Sequence record: SRR20825019_2389
Length of the DNA stretch: 51,357 nt
Direction: 5' to 3' (one strand)
Shown here: positions 38,782-48,285 of the stretch, piece by piece
Layout: every line of letters begins with the position of its first letter
Position numbering within the stretch: position 1 is the stretch's first letter
Translations under genes and position numbers: made by a program
Notes under the pieces: model-generated
The model's input: the letters and a program-made list of their open reading frames with translations, nothing else
What the model was told of the DNA's origin: nothing
The model's database searches: none

Positions 38782-39866
38782 GGCTTATTGAAAATATAGT
38801 CCCGCATGATCATGGTGGCCTGGTTGGCATAAAGCGGCCATTCAAGGTAGTTGCCTTGTGTCATCACAACGATCACCTCTTCATGCGGGAAGATATTGAT
38901 ATACTGGCCACCGTCACCATCGGCCGAAATATACGGCCTGCCGTCAAGCTCCCGCAGCCACGTAAGGTAACCATAATCCCCTGCATCTGAGCCGCAGTGC
39001 TTCCGGGTCATGGCGTCAAGCCACGCTGGGGGCACAACCTGCTCACCCTCATATTTGCCACCGCTCATCATCATCGCACCAATTTTGAGCATATCATTCG
39101 GCGTGAGGTGCAGCCGGGCGGACCCTTCCGGTGTGCCCGTTGGTTGGCGGTGCCATGTATAATTTGTGATACCAAGCGGGCCAAAGAAGCGCTCATTCGC
39201 CCATGTACCGAGCGGCTGCGCCAGCTGATGCTCGAGCGTGCGCAACAGCAGGTTCGGCACGGCGCTATTGTAAACCCACGGGGCCTCTGGCCCCAGGTTC
39301 GTCCTTTTGAGCAGAAATTTGCCAAAATCGTCGGTTTTCCATACCTCTCGCAGGTCATCGCCTGTCCATTCATCCCACTGGAACCCTGTCTGCATGGTGA
39401 GCAGGTGCTTGAGCGTCAGGTAGCCTGCATCCTGCTGCAGAAGCGGCTTCAGCTCAGGTGGCAACAAGGGCTCCAGGCGCGCATCCACGCTGAGCTTAAG
39501 CTCTTCAAGCGCGATACCGGTCAGTAGGGCTGTCACCGTTTTGGTAACCGACGCCATATAATGCTGGCGGTTCGCATGCCACTGAACGTCGCCTTCACCC
39601 CGTATGCGCTTGATACCGCCTTTAAAGTCGATCCAGTCGTCATTGCCTTTGAAGTAACGTTCGAACGCCACCTCACCGCCCTGATACACCAGAAGACTAT
39701 GGATCTGCTTGAATTTGCCAGCGTCAATATCCGCCGTGAGCAAAACCATCCGTTCATCAAATGTGGGATGAGGCCCTTCATCAGCCCAAGCCGCTGCACT
39801 GCACGCCACCAGCAGGCCTATACCTATTGCGCGGCTAAGCCGCCCAATTGTGCCCAAGCTGGTCAC
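38778..39866 (-). CDS. Secreted serine hydrolase, beta-lactamase/AmpC-like family
   Basis: Signal peptide (AWA-DE); SxxK in ASVTK, HLLTMQTG, YNS and ADGDGGQ; GTGA overlap with the halogenase stop. Confidence 0.88.
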   Translation of the reverse strand: MTSLGTIGRLSRAIGIGLLVACSAAAWADEGPHPTFDERMVLLTADIDAGKFKQIHSLLVYQGGEVAFERYFKGNDDWIDFKGGIKRIRGEGDVQWHANRQHYMASVTKTVTALLTGIALEELKLSVDARLEPLLPPELKPLLQQDAGYLTLKHLLTMQTGFQWDEWTGDDLREVWKTDDFGKFLLKRTNLGPEAPWVYNSAVPNLLLRTLEHQLAQPLGTWANERFFGPLGITNYTWHRQPTGTPEGSARLHLTPNDMLKIGAMMMSGGKYEGEQVVPPAWLDAMTRKHCGSDAGDYGYLTWLRELDGRPYISADGDGGQYINIFPHEEVIVVMTQGNYLEWPLYANQATMIMRDYIFNKP

Positions 39867-41347
39867 ATCGCCGCCGCTTTGCAGTAGCGCTCTATATATT
39901 GCTGGTGGGTTGGCAGGCTTGAGGCCGCGCGTTCCACATTGGTTTTGACGTGGTCGAGGAAGCGCGCAAGCTCTTCTTCGCTCATCACATCAGCCACCGG
40001 GTGATGCCCTTCCGGCATGATGCCCTGCCCGAGCATCACCTGTGTCCAACTGTTCTCGGCGAACAATTCGTCTGACATTTTGAACACACGGCCAGTTTCC
40101 CTGAACAGGTCGATGCGGTGTTGCAGGCTATCGGGGATATCCATACCGGCACATTGGCGCCAGAACGGCGTGTCGCGCCGGTCTGTCACATGGTAGTGCA
40201 GGATGATAAAATCGCGCACACCGTCGGTCTCGAACTTGGTTTGCGCGTTAAACTCGTCAATGTCCGACTGTTTGACGCCGTCAGACGGGAACATGCGCAT
40301 CAGCCGCAGGATACCACGCTGGATGAGATGGATGCTGGTGGATTCAAGAGGTTCGATAAAACCGCTCGCGAGGCCAAGCGAGACCACGTTCCTGTTCCAG
40401 TGCTTGCGCCGTGTGCCGGTGCGGAACTTGAGCACGCGCGGGTCTACAAGCGGTTTGCCTTCAATGTTGTCCATCAGTGTTTTGATGGCATCATCATCCG
40501 ACTGGTAGCGGCTGCAGAACACAAGGCCGTTGCCTGTCCGGTGCTGTAGCGGGATACGCCACTGCCAGCCGCTATCGTGGGCGATAGACCGGGTGTAAGG
40601 TATCGGCTCAGACACGGATTCCGTTTGCACCGCAATCGCGCTATCGCACGGCAGCCAGTGGGTCCAATCCTCATAGCCGGTGTGCAGGGTTTCCTCAATC
40701 AGAAGCCCGCGAAAGCCTGAGCAGTCAACAAACAGGTCGCCCTCAACAACCCTGCCGTCATCAAGGGTCAGGGCTGTGACATAACCGCTTTCCCCGTTCT
40801 GGGTGACATCAACGATCTTGCCTTCTATGCGCTTGGCACCGTGCGCTTCCGCCATGGTGCGCAGAAACTTTGCATAAAGGCTGGCATCCAGATGATAGGC
40901 GTAGTTCAAGCCATTCTCGTTGAGGTGCGCAAAACGGCCCTTTTGCGCAGCGCTTAACTCGAGGCAATATTCGCCGTAATCGCTCGCGCAGCCCACATCC
41001 AGCCCCCGCCGCCAGAAATGCTGGAAGCCTGCCGTCCAGTGATCCTTGCCGGTGATGCCAAAGGCGTGGATGTAGCTGTGGTTTTTCTCTTTCCAGTTTT
41101 CAAACTCGATGCCGAGCTTGAAGGTGGCCTGGGTTGCGGCCATAAATTCGCGCTCGTTGATACCGAGCAGCCGGTTATAGGTCAGGAGCGTGGGGATAGT
41201 CGCTTCACCAACACCAACGGTGCCAATCACGTCAGATTCAACAAGCTGAATGTCAACAGCCTTGCCAAGCACCTTTGCCATGGCCGCCGCAGCCATCCAG
41301 CCCGCCGTGCCGCCACCCGCAATCACTACCCGGTTGATTTTATTCAT
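39863..41347 (-). CDS. Tryptophan-halogenase-family flavin-dependent enzyme
   Basis: GGGTAGW, VGVGEATIP, catalytic Lys in ATFKLGIEF, DCSGFRGLL, WQWRIPL (WxWxIP) and FIEPLESTSI. Confidence 0.93.
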   Translation of the reverse strand: MNKINRVVIAGGGTAGWMAAAAMAKVLGKAVDIQLVESDVIGTVGVGEATIPTLLTYNRLLGINEREFMAATQATFKLGIEFENWKEKNHSYIHAFGITGKDHWTAGFQHFWRRGLDVGCASDYGEYCLELSAAQKGRFAHLNENGLNYAYHLDASLYAKFLRTMAEAHGAKRIEGKIVDVTQNGESGYVTALTLDDGRVVEGDLFVDCSGFRGLLIEETLHTGYEDWTHWLPCDSAIAVQTESVSEPIPYTRSIAHDSGWQWRIPLQHRTGNGLVFCSRYQSDDDAIKTLMDNIEGKPLVDPRVLKFRTGTRRKHWNRNVVSLGLASGFIEPLESTSIHLIQRGILRLMRMFPSDGVKQSDIDEFNAQTKFETDGVRDFIILHYHVTDRRDTPFWRQCAGMDIPDSLQHRIDLFRETGRVFKMSDELFAENSWTQVMLGQGIMPEGHHPVADVMSEEELARFLDHVKTNVERAASSLPTHQQYIERYCKAAAM

Positions 41348-41388
41348 ATTTTCCACCCGAAACACACCCTTCTCACCCAATTTTCCTG

Positions 41389-41451
41389 CGCCACACCCGC
41401 GCCACACTTTTAGTCACACTTTTGCCTACACTGTGGCGTGTTTCGCCACAC
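41389..41451. repeat. TGTGGCG-N5-CGCCACA palindrome with phased CGCCACAC-like repeats
   Basis: Palindrome at 41432-41450; units at 41389, 41400, 41412, 41424 and 41444. Confidence 0.6.
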
Positions 41452-41462
41452 TAAGAAGGCAC

Positions 41463-42476
41463 CTACCTGTTCAAACGGTTTAACAAATAAGCTCGCAAGC
41501 GCCGCGCCATCATATCGGTGATCGGGCCCAAAACACCGCGCCGCTCAGCCGGGATATGCGCGACTTTTTCTTCCGTATTTTCAAACACATAATGATTAAA
41601 CAGGTTTTGCCATATCTTCTTCTGCTCAGGCGGCAAATCTCGCACCGCAAGGATGGCGAGGTTTAGCGCATTCACTGGTGGGCCCATAAAGGCCGGCGAC
41701 TGTCGCCACCAATAGTTCACCAAAACATTAAATGAATCCAATGCCTTAACCTGATGCCACCACATGCTGGGGATAAAAATTGCGTCCCCCGGCTCGAGGT
41801 CTGCGACCTGTGCGGCCTTCAGCGCTTCCCTGAATTTCGGGTACTTATCAAAATCGGGCTTGTCCAAATCCACGAGGCTCACGGGTTGGCCCGCTGGTGT
41901 CAGGTCGATTGGCCCGACATAGAGGTTCTCAAGCTGCTCCGGCGGGAACAGTGTAAATTCGCGGCGCCCAACCGTTACGCAAGCGATATTATCGGCCAGA
42001 TCATAGTGCGCGGCGATGGTGGTTTTGTTGCCGATCCAGATACTGGCGAGCGGCTCCCGCGCGCCCAAGAAGATATCATTCTCCGCCCTGAAAGTGGGCA
42101 GGCAATCTTCAATCGTTGTGGAAGCGATATATAAAAGTGGCGGTTTTTCATCCGCGCTATGTTCTTGTATTTTATTGAGAAAAAAGTCTAGCGATGCTTG
42201 GCGGCTCTCAAAATTCAAGCCAGACAGATCGTCGTTATAAAATGGTCGACCCTTTGTTTCAGGCCCGCCATGGCACACAACTAGAGGGGCATCGTTATAG
42301 CGCTTTGTCAGATATTCCTGCGCTGCCGAGGGTGATTTTTTTCCTGCCTGCACAAAAGGCCAGCTGGCAGCGAGCCCCCTGAAAACAACGGGCTGTTGTC
42401 CACACAGGATGTCATCGCTCAGGTCAGCTTCCGACGCGTTAGCAATGTCCCTGATCCGAGTGAGCCCTGAGCGCAT
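41463..42476 (-). CDS. Cupin-like (JmjC/Cupin_8, Pass1-like) Fe(II)/2OG-type oxygenase
   Basis: SIWIGN, HxD in AAHYDLADN, LEPGDAIFIPSMWWHQV and LVNYWW motifs. Confidence 0.88.
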   Translation of the reverse strand: MRSGLTRIRDIANASEADLSDDILCGQQPVVFRGLAASWPFVQAGKKSPSAAQEYLTKRYNDAPLVVCHGGPETKGRPFYNDDLSGLNFESRQASLDFFLNKIQEHSADEKPPLLYIASTTIEDCLPTFRAENDIFLGAREPLASIWIGNKTTIAAHYDLADNIACVTVGRREFTLFPPEQLENLYVGPIDLTPAGQPVSLVDLDKPDFDKYPKFREALKAAQVADLEPGDAIFIPSMWWHQVKALDSFNVLVNYWWRQSPAFMGPPVNALNLAILAVRDLPPEQKKIWQNLFNHYVFENTEEKVAHIPAERRGVLGPITDMMARRLRAYLLNRLNR

Positions 42477-42477
42477 T

Positions 42478-43191
42478 CTACAGTCTCCGGTTCTTTCGCT
42501 CGATCAGGTCGCGGAAGTTCGAGAGCGACGCTACCGCCATGAAAAGCGGCTGCAAAAAACCCTTTTTGTTCAAGGAACTAAGATCATCACCACCAAGAGC
42601 GTAGAGCTTTTCCTCATTCACTGTGTAGAAGCCCGTTAGCCGGCTTTTGCTGCCGTCATTCAACTCTATATCAAGCGCAAATGGCTCCAGAAGGCCAAGC
42701 GCATCCACCGCCTGATAAAATGCGGCACTTGTAGAAGCGCCGATATGCACCTGCTCCAGAATTCCCGCAATATATTCAAGGTAAGGTGTATTACCGCCAT
42801 GTGGCAAAAAGACCGGATGGCCTTCTGTATCGCTCACGCGCGGGTTTTTCAGATCTACATGAATAACCTGCTCCGGCTCTTCGCCGGGACGGCGCTGTGT
42901 GCCGATCAGGAACGGCTGCATCTCAAGCACCATCGGCATGTAATGAGCGTTCCATCCTTTATCCGTGAGGAACAGGTTTTCACCCCGTTCAAACCCCAAA
43001 AGGACAGTTGCCTGAAAGGTCCCGGTGTCCACATCCTTTTGAAAAAGAACAGGATAATGGGCCTGCAGGTTTCTAAACTCATTGGGGAACGCGACACAGC
43101 TCATAATGGCATCACCCAGCGCGACTGAGCGGTCAGTGATAACCCGCAGGTCTTTATGGTCGATATTGTTCAACAAAACATGCTGCGTCAT
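42478..43191 (-). CDS. sapC: SapC-family protein
   Basis: LLNNIDHKDLRV, EFRNLQAHYPVLF, LLGFERGENLF and GFYTVNEEKL motifs. Confidence 0.88.
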   Translation of the reverse strand: MTQHVLLNNIDHKDLRVITDRSVALGDAIMSCVAFPNEFRNLQAHYPVLFQKDVDTGTFQATVLLGFERGENLFLTDKGWNAHYMPMVLEMQPFLIGTQRRPGEEPEQVIHVDLKNPRVSDTEGHPVFLPHGGNTPYLEYIAGILEQVHIGASTSAAFYQAVDALGLLEPFALDIELNDGSKSRLTGFYTVNEEKLYALGGDDLSSLNKKGFLQPLFMAVASLSNFRDLIERKNRRL

Positions 43192-43265
43192 TCATTCTCT
43201 CTTTCACACGTCACTCAGCCAAAAAGCTCAGGCACCCTGCCCTGATGCTACGACCGAGTACCTCC

Positions 43266-43304
43266 CAAAAACAAGAGGCCGCTAATTAAAGTTAATTAAC
43301 GGCC
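43266..43304 (-). terminator. Terminator/stabiliser hairpin after the TBDR gene
   Basis: Minus strand reads GGCCGTTAATTAA-CT-TTAATTAGCGGCC followed by TCTTGTTTTT. Confidence 0.55.
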
Positions 43305-43356
43305 CCCGGGAAGAGGAAAGACCGCCACACCTGACGGCTCTCCAGTTTTTTATGCA

Positions 43357-46353
43357 CTAGAACTTATAGCGCGCGCCGATATTGAAGCGCGGCCCAGCCT
43401 GTGTAACCCACAGCGCTGTGTTCTCGTGCCGGCCATGTGAACGTGTCGTTTCACCTGTCACGTTAATGCCTTCAGCAAATACGGTAATCTGATCGGTGAT
43501 GTCATAGCTGACATTCACATCAAACTGCCCATATGCCTCAACATAGATTGGCTGACGTACGGCGTATTCACCCTGAATGATGCCTGAAAGGAATTCATCA
43601 CGCCAGTTGTAGGCAACACGAACCTGAAGGCCGTCTTTATCGTAGAAACCGATAATGTTGGCTGTATCGCTGAGGCCGAACAGGGCAAACTGTTCCGTGT
43701 TCCACTCAGTCAGGTTATCAAATCCAATGTCACCGTTCACGATCGTATAGTTCAGGATCGCACCGAAGCCGCTGTTACCGAATGTGTGCTGGAGAGCGAA
43801 CTCCCAACCATTCAGCTCAGCAGAGCGCTGGTTCGACGGGATCGTGACGGTGATATCAAGCGTAGGATCTTCACCCGGTACACCAAAGATATTACCCGTG
43901 GTATTGCCGTTTGAATCCACCCCTGTGATCTCGAACGTGCTTGGGTCTGCGTTCGCGAAAATCCAGTTACGGATTGCTGTAAGGTCATTGCTTCCAACAG
44001 CCGCGACAGCATCGTTATAACGCTGGCCACCAAACGGTGTGGGCAGGCCGAACGGTTGGGCCGTAATCACGTCGGTACCGATGAAGTTTTTCACGTCCTT
44101 GCGGAAGTATCCTGCTGCGAAATAGCTCGCGTCGTCATAGTACCACTCAGCGCTGAAATCCAGGTTCTTGGATTTGAACGGCAGAAGTGCTGGGTTACCC
44201 TGGCTACCGGTACCACCACCTACACGGAAGATCTCGTTGATGGTTTGACCACCCTGGATATCGTCATAGCGCGGACGAGCGATTGTCTCACTATAGGAAG
44301 CCCGGAACACAACGTTATCCATCAGTTGGAAGTCAACATCGACAGACGGCAACCAGTTCTTGTAGTTGCCCTCAAGCTCGGTGAAGTCCTGATCGCCAGA
44401 GAAGATAACAACCGCTTCGTTTGCGGCCACCCACTGGGTGCCTGTTGCAACCGGCACAAGTGCTGCCGATGTAACGTCCGTTTCCTCGTAGCGCAGGCCT
44501 GCAACGATATTCACAGGCACATCACCCATGTCAAAGCTGCTGTTGACCTGAAGATAAGCAGACTTGCTTTCTTCCTTCGTGCGGCGGTCGGTCGTGAAGT
44601 CGTCAGACGAGCACTGCCCGTTACCACCGCAAGCACCATAGAGATCATCGATCAAGCCAACCATCGTTTCGAAATCATAAACAACCCACTCATTAAACAG
44701 GTCGGGGTTGTCGCTACCGCTGAGCTTATCAAACTTGTCTGCAACGGAAATGATCTCAAAAATATCGTCTGGCATGTCAGAAGCTGGGCCTGCGCCGCCC
44801 CATGTATCACGCTGAACGTTTGCATAAGCCGAACGCACGTTGTTCTCAGTATAGGCTGCGCCAAAATCAACGCTATCAACGATGCCAGCATCAAATTCCC
44901 AGGAGCCCCGGAACTGGAACTGTTCAACCTCTGTCCGCATATAGCTGTTACGGAAACTTGTACCGCTAGAGACGATGCGTGAAGTATCCACACCGGTCAG
45001 GCCATCAATCTGTGTAAGAGAGAGAACAGGAAGTTCCTCTGAAAAATCAATTGATTGAGACTGCACGGTAAAGCCCGCTGTACCCAGTGCAACATGGCTA
45101 CCGTATGGGCTATCAGCACCGGATTCAGCGCTTGAATTGTGATAATCCAGCTCAAGTGTCAAACGGTCCGTTGGTGCCCACTCAATGTTGGCGCCGAAGG
45201 ATTTATTTTCGTTTTTGGTCGCGAACTCAGCCGCACCAAACGACAGGTCAGTTGGGCTTGCGCCGAAGTCCTCGGCATACACAATCGCACCAGCAACCGG
45301 ACCATCGGTCCATTCGCTTGTTGTGGCGCCGTGGTTGAACCAAACGGACATATCGTGACGTTCCGTCGCAACCTTGTTCTGTGAATAAGTGTAATCCACC
45401 GTGGCTGTCACGGTATCAACAGGGCGATACTGCATCGTTAGCTGGCCATTGATCCGCTCGCGGTCAATGGCGGTCATGGAATAAGCCATGTTCTGCGTGG
45501 TGGCGTAGAAATCACCTGGGCCAGGGCGGTTGGTGACATTGATATCATCTTCTGTACCACCGGCAGGAATCTGCGGCAGCGTGCCCCAGTCGTTCTGTTC
45601 ACCCGCAAAGGCACCGCGCCAGCCAGCATTCGCCTGCGTATAGCCTGATTTACGCTTCTGGTATGAACCAGACAGAGCCACACCAAACTTGTCTTCAGCG
45701 AATGTGTTGCTGTAGATGCCGGAGAATTCCGGCGTTACAGAAGTGCCGTCCAGCTCAGATGTATCCATAACCGCTTTGGCGCCAATGCTGGCTTTCATGC
45801 CAGGTGAATTGAGCGGCCGCGTTGTCTGGATATTAATAGTGGAACCAATACCGCCCGTTGGGATTGCGGCACGCCCGGTTTTATAAACCTGAACGCCTGC
45901 AACACCTTCTGCGGCGAGATTAGCAAAATCGAAAGAACGGGAGCTGGATGCGTTGGTATCTTCAAGCGAAGAAACCGGCATCTGGCGGCCGTTCAGGGTC
46001 ACGAGGTTGAAGTCAGGACCAAAACCGCGAACGGTTACCTTGCTGCCTTCCCCATTTACCCGGTCAATGGAAACACCGGTGATACGCTGCAACGATTCCG
46101 CGAGGTTTGTATCAGGGAATTTACCCATGTCCTCAGCGCTGATCGCGTCAACAATACCGCGGCTGTCGCGTTTGATATCCATCGCGCGCTGCAAGCTGCC
46201 ACGAATACCGGTTACGACGATTTCTTCCAATTCATCCATATTTTCGTCCGCAGACGCGCTCTCTTGCGCATAGGCCGCAGACGCAGACACTGAAGCGAGT
46301 ATCAATGACATCGTACTCGCAACAGAGCCATAGTATAAGCTTCGAGCTCTCAT
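43357..46353 (-). CDS. TonB-dependent receptor (carbohydrate-type)
   Basis: Signal peptide; TonB box EEIVVTGIRGSL; plug DAISAEDMGKFPDTNLAESLQRITGV; GNPALLP; C-terminal GARYKF. Start at 46353 after GAGGGAAGG. Confidence 0.95.
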   Translation of the reverse strand: MRARSLYYGSVASTMSLILASVSASAAYAQESASADENMDELEEIVVTGIRGSLQRAMDIKRDSRGIVDAISAEDMGKFPDTNLAESLQRITGVSIDRVNGEGSKVTVRGFGPDFNLVTLNGRQMPVSSLEDTNASSSRSFDFANLAAEGVAGVQVYKTGRAAIPTGGIGSTINIQTTRPLNSPGMKASIGAKAVMDTSELDGTSVTPEFSGIYSNTFAEDKFGVALSGSYQKRKSGYTQANAGWRGAFAGEQNDWGTLPQIPAGGTEDDINVTNRPGPGDFYATTQNMAYSMTAIDRERINGQLTMQYRPVDTVTATVDYTYSQNKVATERHDMSVWFNHGATTSEWTDGPVAGAIVYAEDFGASPTDLSFGAAEFATKNENKSFGANIEWAPTDRLTLELDYHNSSAESGADSPYGSHVALGTAGFTVQSQSIDFSEELPVLSLTQIDGLTGVDTSRIVSSGTSFRNSYMRTEVEQFQFRGSWEFDAGIVDSVDFGAAYTENNVRSAYANVQRDTWGGAGPASDMPDDIFEIISVADKFDKLSGSDNPDLFNEWVVYDFETMVGLIDDLYGACGGNGQCSSDDFTTDRRTKEESKSAYLQVNSSFDMGDVPVNIVAGLRYEETDVTSAALVPVATGTQWVAANEAVVIFSGDQDFTELEGNYKNWLPSVDVDFQLMDNVVFRASYSETIARPRYDDIQGGQTINEIFRVGGGTGSQGNPALLPFKSKNLDFSAEWYYDDASYFAAGYFRKDVKNFIGTDVITAQPFGLPTPFGGQRYNDAVAAVGSNDLTAIRNWIFANADPSTFEITGVDSNGNTTGNIFGVPGEDPTLDITVTIPSNQRSAELNGWEFALQHTFGNSGFGAILNYTIVNGDIGFDNLTEWNTEQFALFGLSDTANIIGFYDKDGLQVRVAYNWRDEFLSGIIQGEYAVRQPIYVEAYGQFDVNVSYDITDQITVFAEGINVTGETTRSHGRHENTALWVTQAGPRFNIGARYKF

Positions 46354-46415
46354 ATACCTTCCCTCACTCTGATAAGCGTTTCCCCGACGCACGCCATTAC
46401 ACTTCCCGCACATAA

Positions 46416-46429
46416 TGACAGCGCTGTCT
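46416..46429. promoter_or_regulatory. LacI operator upstream of the TBDR, site 1
   Basis: TGACAGCGCTGTCT, 13/14 match. Confidence 0.8.
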
Positions 46430-46471
46430 CTTTTTTGATAACAATACCGCCACAATATGTCCATAAATTTC

Positions 46472-46485
46472 TGACAGCGCTGTCA
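46472..46485. promoter_or_regulatory. LacI operator upstream of the TBDR, site 2
   Basis: Perfect TGACAGCGCTGTCA. Confidence 0.85.
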
Positions 46486-46788
46486 CATAAATGAAATTCC
46501 CCAGCAATATCAATGCATAACACTCTGTCCAGTTCGTGTATTTTTCGGCGGCCCTGCCACCTATTCAGCCATATTGGCCCTAAATAGGCCCTCTCTGCGT
46601 CCAAAAGCCGACTCCGTTTCCTCATTCAGGGCCAATCTCTCCACCAGTGTAGAAATAGGCTTTCGCCCAAAAATCGCTGGCACGCCGAGCCAAAATCGGC
46701 AAGATGTGCGTGGGGATGATCAGGCTGCGGTATTGCGGCTGAACCACAATAAAGAATTAATCCAAAAATGAATTTCGGGGGAGCTTCC

Positions 46789-48282
46789 GTGGCGGACAAC
46801 AATAATACCAGTGAAAACAATCATAACAATATTCCGCTCTGGATCGCACTCATCCCCCTGCTCTGCCTTGTTATCATGCTCACCGGCGCGGTTTTGCTGT
46901 TTGGTGATTCGTCTTCATCCGGGCCGAACCAGTTGGCGCTCATGTTCGCGGGTGCCATTGGCATTGGCCTGAGCCTGTGGCGCGGCCAGTCGTACGAGGT
47001 GCTGGAAAACGCTGTCCTTGACGGCATCATGCTCGCCATGAAGGCCTGCTTGATTCTCCTGATGGTAGGTTCGATGATCGGGAGCTGGATGCTTGCAGGC
47101 ACAGCACCCGCTATTATCTACCTGGGCCTAGGTGTGCTGGACCCTGGCTTCTTTTACCCGGCGGTGCTTATCATCTGCGCTTGTGTGGCCGTCTCAATTG
47201 GCAGTTCATGGACAACCGCCGCCACCGTAGGCCTCGCGCTTGTCGGCATATCCCGTATTTTAGGCCTGTCACCTGAAATTACAGCGGGCGCGGTTATCTC
47301 TGGCGCCTATTTTGGGGACAAGATGTCGCCGCTGTCAGATTCTACCAACCTTGCGCCAGCGATGGTGAACGTGGATCTGTTTGTTCATATCCGCCACATG
47401 GTGTGGACAACCACACCGTCGCTGGTCATTTCCTTCATCCTGTTTACCTGGATCAGCTGGGGGCAGGAAGTATCCGAAGGCACCGTCGCCAGCATTGAAA
47501 TGACCCGTACACTGCTGGATGACACCTACAACATAGGCTTCCCTGCCTTTATTCCGCTGATCGTGCTGCTGGCGCTCGCGATCAAAAAAGTGCCTGCCCT
47601 ACCCACCATCACCATAGGTGCCGTTGTTGGTGGCATTGTCGCGGTGATATTTCAGCCCGAAGCAACAGTCGCATTTGGTGGCGGCGCGGATGTCGACTTT
47701 GTCATGATCAAGGCGCTTTGGAGCGCAATGGCAAATGGCTATAGCGCCAACACAGGCGACGGTACGCTCGACGAGCTTCTCTCTCGTGGTGGCATGAGCA
47801 GCATGCTCAACACAGTGTGGCTGATCATCGCTGCCATGACGTTTGGTGGCGTGATGGAAAAAACAGGTTTTCTGGGCCGTATCGTCTACAGCGCGCTCAA
47901 AGGCGTTCGCGGCACAGGGTCTCTGATCCTGACCACAGTGCTCACCGCCATCGGCATCAACATCATTGCCGCCGACCAGTATATCTCGATCGTGCTACCC
48001 GGCCGCATGTATATGATGGAGTTCAAACGTCGCGGCCTTGCGCCACAAAACCTTTCTCGCACGCTGGAGGATGCAGGCACCATGACATCGGCCCTCGTGC
48101 CCTGGAACACCTGTGGCGCCTTTATGGCCACCACATTGGGCGTGGCGACTTTCGCATATGCCCCTTACGCCTTCTTCAATCTCATCAGCCCATTTATGGC
48201 CGTGCTATACGGCATGCTGAATTTCAAAATCACCAAACTTGAAGAGGATGACGCCGTGGTGCCGAACCCGGCGCGGAACTAG
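46789..48282 (+). CDS. nhaC: NhaC-family Na+/H+ antiporter
   Basis: GSSWTTAATVG, SGAYFGDKMSPLSDSTNLA, LLSRGGMSSM and LSRTLEDAGT...LVPWN motifs; GTG start after GGGGAG. Confidence 0.9.
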   Translation: MADNNNTSENNHNNIPLWIALIPLLCLVIMLTGAVLLFGDSSSSGPNQLALMFAGAIGIGLSLWRGQSYEVLENAVLDGIMLAMKACLILLMVGSMIGSWMLAGTAPAIIYLGLGVLDPGFFYPAVLIICACVAVSIGSSWTTAATVGLALVGISRILGLSPEITAGAVISGAYFGDKMSPLSDSTNLAPAMVNVDLFVHIRHMVWTTTPSLVISFILFTWISWGQEVSEGTVASIEMTRTLLDDTYNIGFPAFIPLIVLLALAIKKVPALPTITIGAVVGGIVAVIFQPEATVAFGGGADVDFVMIKALWSAMANGYSANTGDGTLDELLSRGGMSSMLNTVWLIIAAMTFGGVMEKTGFLGRIVYSALKGVRGTGSLILTTVLTAIGINIIAADQYISIVLPGRMYMMEFKRRGLAPQNLSRTLEDAGTMTSALVPWNTCGAFMATTLGVATFAYAPYAFFNLISPFMAVLYGMLNFKITKLEEDDAVVPNPARN

Positions 48283-48285
48283 AAC

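Noticed and set aside
39863-41347. Pyrrolnitrin or rebeccamycin-type biosynthetic cluster (prnA call)
   Set aside because: No prnB/C/D, flavin reductase or other biosynthetic genes; the context is a carbohydrate TBDR locus.
44056-44982. 308-aa + strand ORF
   Set aside because: Antisense shadow of the TonB-dependent receptor.
46354-46464. 37-aa N-terminal extension of the TBDR
   Set aside because: It contains a LacI operator; the RBS and signal peptide begin at 46353.
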